A stretch of 64,000 bases of DNA from Candidatus Bathyarchaeota archaeon (GCA_963733095.1 CAVTBV010000014.1:64001-128000), one strand, 5' to 3'; shown: positions 10,706 to 21,427, counted from the stretch's first letter. Made by a program: numbers and translations. The notes: a model not told the origin generated them from the sequence alone.

Positions 10706-10910
10706 TAAAAATTAGGCGAATTGTTGATTTAGCTAAAGCGCACTGTTTGATCGTTTAAGAGGAAACTCTATTAACCGATGTGCAGCGTTTTAACTGCTTT
10801 CTAAAATCTTTTCATTCACAATCAATTGGTTCGAATAATGAGAGTTAATTATCAGAATTTACTGTTTACATATTACAATCCGAATTGATGTTAAGTGGGC
10901 TTTTATTTAA

Positions 10911-11615
10911 TTAAAATAATGCCTCACTCATAATACGTTTAAGGATAACTGCCCCGTGCCGCATTTTCAATTTTTTCTCCCCGAGTCTCTGCCGATACTG
11001 AATTGGAACTTCAACAGACTTGTAACCTTTCTTCTCAATTAGGCTATTTAGTTCCACTTCTATGTCGAAGCTCTTTGACTTTACCTTCCAATCTATTAGA
11101 ATTTCTCCTCTAATAACACGTAAACCTGTAAGAGGATCGCTTAAATTTACGCTATTGAGCATCCTATGAGCGAACGCGAGAAGTTTGTTTCCCAAATAGA
11201 ATCGACTTCGAAGCGCCTCGGAGTCTACCTGACCATTGAATCGGTTTCCACAAACCATGCCAACCTCTGGGTCCTTCTCCAAAACTTCAATCATTTCTCG
11301 AACGTACTTAGCAGGATAAGTAAAGTCAGCATCCGTGAGTATAATGTAGTCTGTTTTGTTATCGGTTTGTTTTAGCGCCTTGGCGATAGCATCTCCTTTT
11401 CCGAGCCCATCCTGAAAGACCACATCCGCCCCAAGATTCTTCGCAACTTCTACTGTTCTGTCGGAACTGTGACCATCCACTACCAAGATGTGGGAAGTGA
11501 AAAGCGCTTCTTTAAGCTCCGCTATTGTAAGTCCAATGCCTTCCTCTTCATTCAAAGCCGCAATCACCGCTATAGAGTGCGGATAGTTTTCCTGTTTTTC
11601 GACATGGGTCTCCAT
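10911..11615 (-). CDS. GT2 polyprenol-phosphate glycosyltransferase (DPM1-like)
   Basis: AALNEEE, VVDGHSSDRT, TDADFTYP and SDPLTGLR motifs; start likely ATG 11615. Confidence 0.88.
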   Translation of the reverse strand: METHVEKQENYPHSIAVIAALNEEEGIGLTIAELKEALFTSHILVVDGHSSDRTVEVAKNLGADVVFQDGLGKGDAIAKALKQTDNKTDYIILTDADFTYPAKYVREMIEVLEKDPEVGMVCGNRFNGQVDSEALRSRFYLGNKLLAFAHRMLNSVNLSDPLTGLRVIRGEILIDWKVKSKSFDIEVELNSLIEKKGYKSVEVPIQYRQRLGEKKLKMRHGAVILKRIMSEALF

Positions 11616-11920
11616 AATTGACAAATCACAAAGTTCTTTAAACAAATTTTTCCTTTCCTGATTATTCTTTAGGCATGATGACTCAACCATAATGTGCCGG
11701 TTGATTCGTGAACCCTCAAGATAGAACGGTTCACGCGCCTAACAAGCTATTTTATAACATGTAACCGCTTGTTTTAAGCATATGTGACTGTTAGATGGCA
11801 CCTACAATGCACAATATGCATTTGTCATCTGTTTCTTTCAAGTTATTTTAGGTTTATTGTTGCACTCATACAACTACAAATATCTATATCGCACAGCTGA
11901 AACAAACAAGATTTGAAGCA

Positions 11921-12142
11921 CTATACGGCTTCAATTCCTATCGAACTAATAATCTCAAATGAAGGTTTCGAACTCTGCTGTACTCTGACCAGAACCTGAA
12001 AGCGGTTTTCAAATGCAGAAACTAAGTCATCTAAAAGTATTTCTCTATACTCACAAGAGAGCGTCTGGAGTTCATCATTGAAAACAGCAGATAGTTTGTC
12101 TTGTAGTCTCTTTCTGGTTTTTAAGTTCAATTTTGATTTCAT
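11921..12142 (-). CDS. small helical hypothetical protein
   Basis: 73-aa ORF with amphipathic helix ILLDDLVSAFENRFQVL filling an otherwise empty region. Confidence 0.55.
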   Translation of the reverse strand: MKSKLNLKTRKRLQDKLSAVFNDELQTLSCEYREILLDDLVSAFENRFQVLVRVQQSSKPSFEIISSIGIEAV

Positions 12143-12367
12143 AATTACATTTCCCAAGTAAGATTCGATTGGTATCTCTGCCTTTAAATGGTTATGAAAA
12201 TAAAATACTTACTTGAAATCACTAAATATGTATGATTCAAGCGGAACGCAGACAGATGTTTATTATTGGGTCGTTTAGCGCGGTTAACTACCCCCAAACA
12301 GAGAGCTTTCTTTCAATCCATCAATCTTTGTGTTGAGTTAACTTAATCGTATCCACCATACTCTGTT

Positions 12368-12799
12368 TTATGCAATCGGTCCGGTTGGGTAGCGTCCCAA
12401 TGCGTCGAGGATTTCTTCGATGGTTGTCTTTTTGCCTACGTTTCGGACAAAATCTGAGGAGACAACGATTCCAACCAGCTTGTTCTCCTTCAAAACGGGA
12501 AGTCTTCTTATCTTGTTGGTTGACATTACTCTTGCTGCTTCTTTGAGTGAGGTGTCAGGGTCAACTGTTATGAGCGTTTTCGTCATTACCTCCCCCAAGT
12601 TTAGGTCTATTGAACTACGTTTGGCTACTATTCTTCGAACTATATCTCGTTCAGTGATTATTCCAACGGGTAGCGACTTGTCTACGACAATTAAGCATCC
12701 TAATCCTTTTGACGTCATGATTTGGGCTGCATCAAAGATGCTTTTTTCCACTTCGATTGTTACAACATCTTTAGTCATTATGTCCTTAACAGCTGGCAT
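12368..12799 (-). CDS. CBS-domain pair protein
   Basis: VKDIMTKDVVT, VGIITERDI, IRRLPV and LVGIV motifs. Confidence 0.93.
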   Translation of the reverse strand: MPAVKDIMTKDVVTIEVEKSIFDAAQIMTSKGLGCLIVVDKSLPVGIITERDIVRRIVAKRSSIDLNLGEVMTKTLITVDPDTSLKEAARVMSTNKIRRLPVLKENKLVGIVVSSDFVRNVGKKTTIEEILDALGRYPTGPIA

Positions 12800-13111
12800 A
12801 AAACATCAAGATAACCAAAACTTTTGGAGATAAAAGCGTTGTGACGATAATGGGTCTCAATTTGTTTTGATCTGCCCCTTTAGGTTGCTGATAAGACAGT
12901 TCACATCCACACAAAGTCAAAACGCCAAAGAGCGTCCCCGCGGCACACCAAGCCACTTCCACACTTCTATCTGCCCAGTATCTAACCGTCTATTGCGCCT
13001 TCCGCGTAATAGTCCACCGAGGCATTCTTTTTTTAAAAATCCCTTATTAGTTAGGGTTAGGTTTTATCCGATTCGCACGCTGTATGGTGTTTGATACGGT
13101 GTGTTTGTTTA

Positions 13112-13570
13112 ATGGTTAAGGCATTTGTTTTTTACGATTCAAAGTATGGCAATACGAAGCTTTGTGCGGAAAAGGTTGCGGAGGGGCTTCGTAGTGGGGG
13201 TGTGGAGGTTGATTTGGGCTATGTTAAAGAAGTTAGTCCCGAGCACGCGTTGGATTATGATGTATTGGTTTTGGGTGCACCAAACCACATGGGGCGACCC
13301 AGCCAGACTATGAAAAAGTTCGTTAACCAGCTTTCTGCGCTTGGGTTGAAGGGCAAGAAGGTGGCGGTTTTGGGTACTTACTCGGGGAAAGTGCGGTTGC
13401 TTGATAGGGCGGTTAGGAAAATGGGGTGGATGGTGCAGGAGAAATTGCCCGGCTTGATTTTGGTTTCGCCGTCGTTGTCGGTTCGGATTAATGGGGTGTC
13501 GGGTCCTGTGGTGGAGGGAGAGTTGCCTAAATGCATCGATTTCGGCAAAGCCATCGTTGCTAAACTTTAA
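13112..13570 (+). CDS. flavodoxin-like protein
   Basis: YDSKYGNTK FMN-phosphate loop, LVLGAPNH; ATG 13112. Confidence 0.88.
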   Translation: MVKAFVFYDSKYGNTKLCAEKVAEGLRSGGVEVDLGYVKEVSPEHALDYDVLVLGAPNHMGRPSQTMKKFVNQLSALGLKGKKVAVLGTYSGKVRLLDRAVRKMGWMVQEKLPGLILVSPSLSVRINGVSGPVVEGELPKCIDFGKAIVAKL

Positions 13571-14068
13571 TTTTATGTCCCTTTTTTTTGAAAGGTGTTG
13601 CGCTTTGGTTTCTTTAATAGTCTGGATTGTTTGCTTGCAGCATTGACCTTCTATTATGTAGGGAGATGTTGTATGTGTTCTATACAGTTTATTTGTGCAA
13701 CTCTTAATTCGAAGGCGCATCTTCTAATGTTTTGCCGATATGGCCGCCACTTCACTACTGGTTCATTGCCTTGGTGGATCAACGCTGATGGTGTGAGCCA
13801 CCCTAAACTTGCCATGGAAACCAAACCCACTGCTTACATAATCAACGTATGGTCCATCAAAGTCCAATAGAATTATAATAATTCTTTTCAGTAATTTTGG
13901 GCACAGTTAATTTTGAAAGCTTAGATTTTTTTTAGGTAAGCTTAAAAATGTCTCAATTACAGGATGCGATGTGCTGTTTAGACGCAGCTTTAAGAGTTCA
14001 AAGATTTCCATGTCGACTTGGCAGGTTTCGGCGAATAGTTTTGTTTTCCTGCAAAAATTAAGAAGCAG

Positions 14069-14572
14069 TTACTCAGCTATTGTTTTGATATAATCCCAGA
14101 CTTTATCGCTGACGTAATGCAGAGTTTTAACTACTGGTCCTTTCTTGGTTTGTTTGGCTGTTTCTGCATCGAGTAGGCTCTCGCCTAGCGCTAGCGCTTT
14201 GGCATGCTTCATATCCACGACGAGAACAAGGTCACCTTTAACGAATTCGCCTTCAATGCGTACGATGCCTGGAGCCATAACGGTTGCGCCCTTGCACACA
14301 TAGGGGATAGCACCCATGTCAACCACGACTTTTGGAGCTTTAGCTGCGAACTCACTAAAAAGCAGTGTGGGCAAAATAGAATCGCCTGACTTGAAAAGAA
14401 TGGGCTTTGTGTCGACGAGGTAAATCTCGCCTATATCCGACTCCACGACTTCTACGTTAGCTTTGGCACCGAAAAGTGCGTCCAGGTCGAGGCTTAATTT
14501 TTTTGAGGCTTCTTCTATGATTTGCTTAGCTTCTTTCGCTTTCAGGGGGTACCTGCGTTGTTTTGTTGGCAT
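14069..14572 (-). CDS. DUF1947/PUA-domain RNA-binding protein
   Basis: LPTL, VVVDMGAIPYVCKGATVMAPGI and LHYVSD motifs. Confidence 0.88.
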   Translation of the reverse strand: MPTKQRRYPLKAKEAKQIIEEASKKLSLDLDALFGAKANVEVVESDIGEIYLVDTKPILFKSGDSILPTLLFSEFAAKAPKVVVDMGAIPYVCKGATVMAPGIVRIEGEFVKGDLVLVVDMKHAKALALGESLLDAETAKQTKKGPVVKTLHYVSDKVWDYIKTIAE

Positions 14573-14584
14573 CTGTAACCTTCT

Positions 14585-15217
14585 CTATTGCGTTCCTGGT
14601 GAGTTATTTAGTTTTTCTTTGATGTTCTCAGTTTTTTTGGTCCTTTTTCTTTTCATGTATTTTTCTGATAGTTTGCCAAAATCGACCTTGAACAGAATTA
14701 TTGTTATGACGATGGTTAGGACTATCGAAATTACTATCATGGCTTCGGGGCTCAACCATGTTGAGAAGTAGTTTTCAGCTTTATTTCCGATAAAAGCCCC
14801 TGCTACCGTGATTGAAAGTTTGCCCAGAAAATAAGCTGAGAAAAACTTTGTTGGGCTGTACTTCATGAGTCCAAGCGGGATGACTACAGGTTCATCGGGA
14901 ATTGGGGTTGCAGCGGCTAGGAACAGCAGTGGGAACGCCCAGCGCCTAACTTTTATAGCGTCTGCATCAAGGTGTGCTCTTCTCTTTTCGCTGAGGCGTT
15001 TGCTGACAAAGAAAGTGACCATGTAGTAGATGCCTTTGGCTACGGATGCGGCTAAAGCGATTACAAAACCGATGAGGATTAGGGTTGTGATGTCTGCGTT
15101 TGTTATGCCGATGGCAGCTGTGGAGGCGATTAGCAGGTTTGAGGGGCCAGCGAACGGGATTAAGTTGAAGCCGAAGGCAGTAAGAAAGAGGATTATGAAA
15201 TCAATTATCAAAGTCAT
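14585..15217 (-). CDS. DedA/VTT-domain membrane protein
   Basis: FNLIPFAGPS and FLAAATPIPDE motifs; several TM helices. Confidence 0.72.
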   Translation of the reverse strand: MTLIIDFIILFLTAFGFNLIPFAGPSNLLIASTAAIGITNADITTLILIGFVIALAASVAKGIYYMVTFFVSKRLSEKRRAHLDADAIKVRRWAFPLLFLAAATPIPDEPVVIPLGLMKYSPTKFFSAYFLGKLSITVAGAFIGNKAENYFSTWLSPEAMIVISIVLTIVITIILFKVDFGKLSEKYMKRKRTKKTENIKEKLNNSPGTQ

Positions 15218-15422
15218 TCTTGCTGCCTCCTATTGCGAAAAATTAGGTGTATTCCTGCTTATAAGTGCAAGTCTGCAAACTGCTAAAATTAGAAGGTGTT
15301 GGAGAAAGGATGCTTTAGCGTTCTTGTTTGGGTAGGTGATGTGGGTCCTGATGTGTTTTTGGTCAACAAACTTTTTTAGTAAGTATGACGATACAATACA
15401 CTAATAGGCTCGCAAGCTGGTA

Positions 15423-17630
15423 ATGAAGAAGATGAAAAAACAACTCATCACAATAATAATAATCCTAACCATATTATGCTCACTAACCTCAGTCAAGGAA
15501 GCCTACTCCGATACCGTTGCACCTGCAAAACTCAAAATATACGTCGGTCCAACAAGCGTATTGGCTGACAACAGTTCGTACAATTGCATCTTTGTGCAAC
15601 TGCAAGATTCCAGCAACAAACCAACCCGAGCAGCAGAGGACACCGCTATAAGTCTCTCATCTTCTCAAACAAACATCGGAACAGTTGATTCGTCAATTAC
15701 AATCCTTAAAGGGCAATCATATGCTTCGGCAAACTTTTATGCAACTTTCAGCCCAGGAATTTCGGTAATTGCGGCTGCTGCAACGGGATTTGCAACCGTA
15801 ACAGCCCAAATAACTACTATCGGACCAGTTCCCAACACCGTTGCAGTATACGGCTTTCCATCCACACTTCCCGCGGATGGAAACCAATACTCCGCCATAA
15901 TGGTCCAATTACAAGATTCAAGCGGCACTCCAGCAAAAGCTCCCAAAGACGGAGTACCAGTCACACTCTCCTGCTCTGACACCCTCAACGTAGGTACCGT
16001 CAGCCCAACCGTCGTAATTCCAGAAGGTGAAACTTATGCCATAGCCAACTTTACTACAACTCAGGAAGCTCAGACACAAGGAAAAATATTGTCAGCAACA
16101 GTCACCGCAATATCACAAGGATATGCATCTAAAACGGTTACAATAATCACAACTCCGATAACTCCAAACCCGACTCAACTTAAAATTTATGCAGGACCTA
16201 CCCAAGTTCTAGCTGACCAAGGTTCCTACAAACAAATTGTGGTAGAATTACAAAATGCGACAGGGTTCGTGGGAAAAGTCCTCTCAGATGTGGAAGTAAC
16301 AGTCGCATCATCCGACCAAACTATCGGAGCAGTCGACCAACAATTAACTATCCCTCAAGGTGAAGGTTATGCAGTCGCAACCCTCACTACAACATACAAA
16401 GCTGGATCCACAACATTAACTGCAGTTGCCACAGACCTTCTGAGAAGTCAACTATCCATTGCGACAGTCGGATTTACCCCTTCAAAATTGGCAGTTTACT
16501 GCGTCCCGTCAATGCTCCCCTCAGACTCAACGACATACCCAGCTATCCAAGTGCAACTTCAAGACTCTCAAGGACGACCAGCAAAAGACCCGCAATCAGA
16601 CGTTACAATAAGCTTATTCTCTTCGCAACCAACCGTCGGAACAGTCAGTTCAACATTAACCATACCCTTCGGCAACACACAAGCAACCGGAACCATCAGC
16701 GTTACTAACGCTCCTGGCACAAACACAATAACTGCCCAAGCTTCAAGCTACACCACAGGTCAAGCAACAATAACCACCTACCTTATCGACTTATCACCTA
16801 CCCAAATAACACTGACAGCCGATCCAGAAGCAGTCAACAACAGCGGCAAATCACAAATAACAGCCTACATAACTGCAGACGGTACACCTGTCACAGGAGC
16901 TACAACTAAATTTACTTCAAACAATGGCGGCAAGTTAACCACAGTTATCGACCAGGGAAATGGCTATTACATAACAAACTATACTGCGCCAAGCTTCACA
17001 AAAGCCACAGTTTGCACGATAACAGCAAGTGTCTCAAAAACCGGATATGTGAATTCTCTATCGACAGTTGACGTAACGGTAGCGCCGCCTCCGGCTCCAA
17101 CCGCAACACCAAGTCCAACTGCAACGCCACTGTCAAATTCTTCCCAGACCTCAAACTCAACTTCAACCACTAACAGCACAGGAACATTAAAATTACTAAT
17201 AACAGATGGGGACGGCAACCCCTTATACAATGCCAGCATCTCGTCAACCGTGCAACCAGCCGGCATGGAACCGCTCATCGGTGTCACAAACGAAACAGGG
17301 TATGCTATATTCAACAATGCCCCTCAGGGCTCATACACATTTAGCATAGTTAAAGAAGGCCTGGATCAAGTCAACAAATCAATCAACTTCAAAGGTCAAG
17401 CAGTGACATACATAGCGGTATCGAGCGGAACTGCTCCCTCAACCGACAACAGTCTAATGATAGCAGCTGTTATTATCATAGTGGTTGTCGTCTTAGTAAT
17501 CTTCGGTGTTTTAGTGATTAAGCGCAGAAGAAAAAGTAGACCTAAAATATTTGAGCCCCCCCGCAAAATTCCAAACCCTGCCTCGCAGCTCCCGCAAATG
17601 GAAATGGTGGCAAACTCCCTGCCATTTTAA
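15423..17630 (+). CDS. cell-surface protein with tandem Ig/invasin-like repeats, Pro/Thr linker and C-terminal TM anchor
   Basis: Signal peptide; four ~105-aa repeats; PPPAPTATPSPT linker; TM helix followed by KRRRKSR. Confidence 0.8.
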   Translation: MKKMKKQLITIIIILTILCSLTSVKEAYSDTVAPAKLKIYVGPTSVLADNSSYNCIFVQLQDSSNKPTRAAEDTAISLSSSQTNIGTVDSSITILKGQSYASANFYATFSPGISVIAAAATGFATVTAQITTIGPVPNTVAVYGFPSTLPADGNQYSAIMVQLQDSSGTPAKAPKDGVPVTLSCSDTLNVGTVSPTVVIPEGETYAIANFTTTQEAQTQGKILSATVTAISQGYASKTVTIITTPITPNPTQLKIYAGPTQVLADQGSYKQIVVELQNATGFVGKVLSDVEVTVASSDQTIGAVDQQLTIPQGEGYAVATLTTTYKAGSTTLTAVATDLLRSQLSIATVGFTPSKLAVYCVPSMLPSDSTTYPAIQVQLQDSQGRPAKDPQSDVTISLFSSQPTVGTVSSTLTIPFGNTQATGTISVTNAPGTNTITAQASSYTTGQATITTYLIDLSPTQITLTADPEAVNNSGKSQITAYITADGTPVTGATTKFTSNNGGKLTTVIDQGNGYYITNYTAPSFTKATVCTITASVSKTGYVNSLSTVDVTVAPPPAPTATPSPTATPLSNSSQTSNSTSTTNSTGTLKLLITDGDGNPLYNASISSTVQPAGMEPLIGVTNETGYAIFNNAPQGSYTFSIVKEGLDQVNKSINFKGQAVTYIAVSSGTAPSTDNSLMIAAVIIIVVVVLVIFGVLVIKRRRKSRPKIFEPPRKIPNPASQLPQMEMVANSLPF

Positions 17631-18085
17631 GTCCCCTTTAAACACTGCAGATTTTTCTTGAAAAGGAGTCTGCAGAGTTTTTGTTTTTTGAACTCTGTTA
17701 GTTAGGTTTAATGTTGATTTGTTTTCCAAGTTTTTCTTGGTTTAACACTAACTCAATTGAAAGATATGCAGAGAGTAAGTCGTAAACGAATAGAGCCCAT
17801 GAAAACTCGGAATTGAAGGGGTAGCAGAACCACGTAACCCGAGAGAAGGAGAAGAGGGGAAAATGCAAAACCCCGGTGAATGTTGGGTGGGTTAAGTGGT
17901 TCTGAGGGGGTGGTTTCTACCCGCTATCATTCAAATAATACTTATGTTGGGAATAATGGTTTGTGTGTCCCAAACAGAATGTACACGAAAAATTGATTTG
18001 ACATCTTAAACAACTTCGTTGTGTCCAATTCATTTTAAGCGTCTCAAACCTAACTTATCAAAATTATGTTCCTGAGGAAACATCA

Positions 18086-18655
18086 TTACTTGCGGTGTCT
18101 ACACTGCTTTCTTAATCTATCTATGACTACAATTGACAGTACGAAGACGAATAAGGGTAGAATCATCAACCAAGAAAACTCTGGAACAGTAGGTGTTGGA
18201 GTTGTTGAAGGACTAGGGGATGGCGATTGTGGTTCTAAAGTTTTGGTGACAGTAAAGTAGACCTGAGAGCAGGCAGTCACTTGTCCCCCAAGACCGCCCA
18301 TAGCAGTTGCTTGGACTACTATTGAGTGTGATGCTTTAGACAATCCATTAAGCGCCACTGTCTCGGTCAAGTTATGTGAAAGTGGGTGTCCGGGTGCAAT
18401 CTCTATGTATGGTCCTCCATCTAAACTGTAGCCAATGTACCAGACTCCTGGGAAGGCTCCAAAATTAGCTATGAGGTCTATATCGTTTGTGTCATACGTT
18501 TTGTTTTGTGGAGAGATAATTGAAACTTCTACATTGCTTGTTCCGCTGCTGTCGTAGGGTGCAGGATTTGCCTCCACTGAATCAATAGTTTGTAATTCAG
18601 ATAAAGAAACGAGTAATAGTATGACTGAAATTCTTGCTAATGATTTGCTAACCAT
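18086..18655 (-). CDS. secreted protein with PEF-CTERM-type sorting signal
   Basis: Signal peptide from ATG 18655; ISPQNKTY...YSLDG Ig-like domain; PSPSPSTTPTPT-VPEF-TM-basic tail. Confidence 0.72.
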   Translation of the reverse strand: MVSKSLARISVILLLVSLSELQTIDSVEANPAPYDSSGTSNVEVSIISPQNKTYDTNDIDLIANFGAFPGVWYIGYSLDGGPYIEIAPGHPLSHNLTETVALNGLSKASHSIVVQATAMGGLGGQVTACSQVYFTVTKTLEPQSPSPSPSTTPTPTVPEFSWLMILPLFVFVLSIVVIDRLRKQCRHRK

Positions 18656-18890
18656 AGCAATCATGTTACATTTGAAGTTTTGACAATAAAAGAATTTCTC
18701 AACAAAATTATTTTTAATAGTTTGAGTCAAGGTTTATTGAATAGGATGAAGTAGGTTATTGTGAGAGATGTCAAACATTTCCACATACTCAAATGGGAAT
18801 CATCCAGTATTTCTTTTCTTGAGTCCGTGAGATAGGTTTAAATTGGGAGAGATAAAGTATAGAGAGATAAAGATACATGAGGATTCCAAT

Positions 18891-19118
18891 ATGAGCGAAA
18901 TGACAACCGAAATCCTTGAACAAAACCTCAGCAAAATCGTACTTGTACGCTTAAAAGGCGGTAAAAGCCTCAGAGGCAGGCTGAAGGGTTTCGATCAACA
19001 CTTGAACCTAGTTCTAGAAGAAACAGAAGATACCACAGTTGTTGAAAACCAAAAGAAACTAGGACTCATCATCGTCCGCGGAGACAACGTAGTCCTCATT
19101 TCTCCACCCCCAAGGTGA
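18891..19118 (+). CDS. Sm-like archaeal protein (SmAP1/Lsm)
   Basis: LRGRLKGFDQHLNLVL and IIVRGDNVVLISP; conserved position upstream of rpl37e. Confidence 0.95.
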   Translation: MSEMTTEILEQNLSKIVLVRLKGGKSLRGRLKGFDQHLNLVLEETEDTTVVENQKKLGLIIVRGDNVVLISPPPR

Positions 19119-19123
19119 GTTGA

Positions 19124-19312
19124 ATGGGAAAAGGCACTCCATCAATGGGTAAGCGCCAGGGTAAAACCGTACACATCATGTGTAGGCGCTGCGGAAGACG
19201 CGCATACCACGTTCGACATAAACGTTGTGCAGCCTGCGGGTTCGGCGAGCAAGCAACCATCAGACGCTACAACTGGCGAACCAAGACTCTGCAAAGACAA
19301 AGAATCTGCTAA
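19124..19312 (+). CDS. rpl37e: 50S ribosomal protein L37e
   Basis: [16 protein letters not shown] and CAACGFG zinc finger. Confidence 0.97.
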   Translation: MGKGTPSMGKRQGKTVHIMCRRCGRRAYHVRHKRCAACGFGEQATIRRYNWRTKTLQRQRIC

Positions 19313-19324
19313 GCCGTAAAACAA

Positions 19325-19345
19325 TTATTTCTTTTTAAATTTTTA
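19325..19345 (+). terminator. U-rich archaeal terminator candidate after rpl37e
   Basis: T-rich tract just after the stop codon. Confidence 0.4.
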
Positions 19346-19477
19346 ACTTCAACCTTGTTTCTTTGAACAATCCTGTCCTGCAAAGTAAAAAACAGTCAAC
19401 ACTCAAAACCTTCGTAAAATTATTTCAGGATGCCTTAAAGCACATTTGAAAATGAAAGAAAAGAAAAAAGATTAAAA

Positions 19478-20092
19478 TTACTCATTTAACGCGTTATAGT
19501 AGCCTTTGTCAATTTTGACAAAGATTAGTGGACCTTTGCTCTGCGCCATCTCTCGTGCCCTCCGCAACGAATTGTTTAGTGTTGTGAACAATCTTTCTCT
19601 ATCGGTAAGGTCTTGAAGGTTTTTTTCTCCAAGCTCCATCTTCAAGAGGTTCTCCGCTAAGATTTCTGTCCCGCAAACCTCTCCGTTCTTTATCAGTGTG
19701 GATACCACGACTTCTTGCAGTTCTTGTTTGTGCTCGATTTTACGCCAGAGTGGCTCTGCGTTGGCGAGTGTTTTGGACATTTTGTTCCATTTGTTAGCGT
19801 TCTGGTTGCCTATGAGCAGTTTGACGCGTTCCTTCCATTTCTTAAACCAAATGCCCGTCCAAACTGTCAAGAATGCGTCGAGTTCTTCTGCGTCTTCCTT
19901 GTACAGGGTTTCCAGTTTATCTACTAATTCACATTGGTTTGCTTCTTTTCCAATAAGCTTCCAATGGAATTTTAAGTAGTTGGTGAAGTCTTGACAGGCT
20001 ACCTGCAAAACTTTACGGTCCGAGCCCATAATGTCGAGGGCTTGATCTGCATCTTTCAATTTCTCCCCTATCATAATCTCCACAAAGTTCAT
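19478..20092 (-). CDS. hypothetical all-helical protein
   Basis: 204-aa ORF from ATG 20092; no recognised motif. Confidence 0.7.
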   Translation of the reverse strand: MNFVEIMIGEKLKDADQALDIMGSDRKVLQVACQDFTNYLKFHWKLIGKEANQCELVDKLETLYKEDAEELDAFLTVWTGIWFKKWKERVKLLIGNQNANKWNKMSKTLANAEPLWRKIEHKQELQEVVVSTLIKNGEVCGTEILAENLLKMELGEKNLQDLTDRERLFTTLNNSLRRAREMAQSKGPLIFVKIDKGYYNALNE

Positions 20093-20229
20093 TCTGTTAC
20101 CGCTCCGCAGCCTTCTCCTTCTCATAGTGCTTAAGATTGAGGTTTTAATTAAACCTTATTTTTTTAGCGGCATATAACTACCTGAGGAAGATTCAGCAAT
20201 ATTACTAGTTTTGATATGTTCAAAAACAG

Positions 20230-20886
20230 TTATTCCACGAAGTCAGGGAGCAAAGTAATATCGGGCAATATCAAATCGGGGCATTCTTTGGCGAGTTCGT
20301 CACGGTGAAATAGTCCTGAGAGTAATGCGACAGTTCTTGCTCCCGCAGCTTTACCTGCACGTACGTCGTTGACGGAGTCCCCCGCTATGATGCAGTCGCA
20401 CATTTCAACGTCTAAGGCTTCCACGCATCGAATTAAGGCTTCAGGCGAAGGTTTAGGCTGAGCAGTATCCATTGCGGTCACTATGTGGGTGAAGTACTTT
20501 GCGATTCCAAAATAGACTAGTTCTTTTTGGATAACTTGGTTTGGGCAATGCCGCATAGTTATTAGTGCCAGCTTGGCCTTTGCTGAAAGTGCCTCAAGGG
20601 TGTCTGAGATGTTTGGGAACAGTTTGGTTTTTGCTTCGGTGACCGAATAATAAGCTTTCAAGTAGACTTGCATGAACTCTTTTGATTCTCCCTGCGTTAA
20701 GTCGTCGATTGTAAGGCGCATCTCTATTCTTCTTGGAATTTCAAGGAAATCTTGGTTCTCCAATGTCTCTTTCCCAATGGCCCGGAATGCAATTCTGGCT
20801 GCTTCACTGTAGGCGCCTGTGGAATCTACGATTGTGCCGTCTAAATCCAGGAAAATACCTGTTGCTTTCCATCTTTTCTGGTTCAT
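20230..20886 (-). CDS. HAD-superfamily phosphatase (Gph-like)
   Basis: DLDGTIVDS motif I, KPSP, GDSVND motif IV. Confidence 0.92.
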   Translation of the reverse strand: MNQKRWKATGIFLDLDGTIVDSTGAYSEAARIAFRAIGKETLENQDFLEIPRRIEMRLTIDDLTQGESKEFMQVYLKAYYSVTEAKTKLFPNISDTLEALSAKAKLALITMRHCPNQVIQKELVYFGIAKYFTHIVTAMDTAQPKPSPEALIRCVEALDVEMCDCIIAGDSVNDVRAGKAAGARTVALLSGLFHRDELAKECPDLILPDITLLPDFVE

Positions 20887-21046
20887 TTATGTCTCTTGTT
20901 GAGAGATTTTCTGGTTTCTTAAATGTTCCCGTGCATTTTAACGGTTTTTTTCCTTTTTTATATTGTTTATATATAGATTATATTGGTTATCTCTATAGGT
21001 ATTTTCAACCACATTGATATCGAATATGTGGAGATGTGAATAGAAA

Positions 21047-21220
21047 ATGTTGTCACGAGATTGTGATGGCTGCTCAAAACTTAAAGAATGTTGCAAACGG
21101 TACCAGAAAGCCTTCAAAGGCGACAAAGTCTATTGCCCAGACGGCACAGCACACTTGATCGATAATGACAGTGTGGATCAAAGTCCTGACATGGTCTGTT
21201 TTTTGCAAGCGTTCCAATGA
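21047..21220 (+). CDS. small Cys-rich (putative Zn-binding) protein, 57 aa
   Basis: Not in ORF track. MLSRDCDGCSKLKECCKRYQKAFKGDKVYCPDGTAHLID...; purine-rich GGAGATGTGA upstream. Confidence 0.6.
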   Translation: MLSRDCDGCSKLKECCKRYQKAFKGDKVYCPDGTAHLIDNDSVDQSPDMVCFLQAFQ

Positions 21221-21427
21221 TGGGGAGCTTTAACCTACGAATGCCCTAATCAAATCAAGTAAAACTTTTTTCTATTTTTAATTTTAATCGTTTACTTCTT
21301 ATTTGGCGCTTGTTATGCTTCATATTTTATTTAGTTTCTATTTATTCTGTGAGCAATATATCGACTTTTGTATTCTATGTTGAGTGCCTGTATACCTCGT
21401 TTTCTATAAATCCAAACGGGAAAAAAT

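Noticed and set aside
10705-12350. Possible island integrated at tRNA-Arg (AT-rich, glycosyltransferase)
   Set aside because: No integrase and no duplicated tRNA 3' end found.
12930-13025. GC-richer intergenic stretch with hairpin CTATTGCGC-CTTCC-GCGTAATAG; considered SRP or RNase P RNA
   Set aside because: Lacks SRP helix-8 and RNase P P4 consensus and is too short; one 9-bp stem is weak evidence.
13595-13870. 91-aa ORF downstream of flavodoxin
   Set aside because: No motif or SD, atypical composition; probably spurious.
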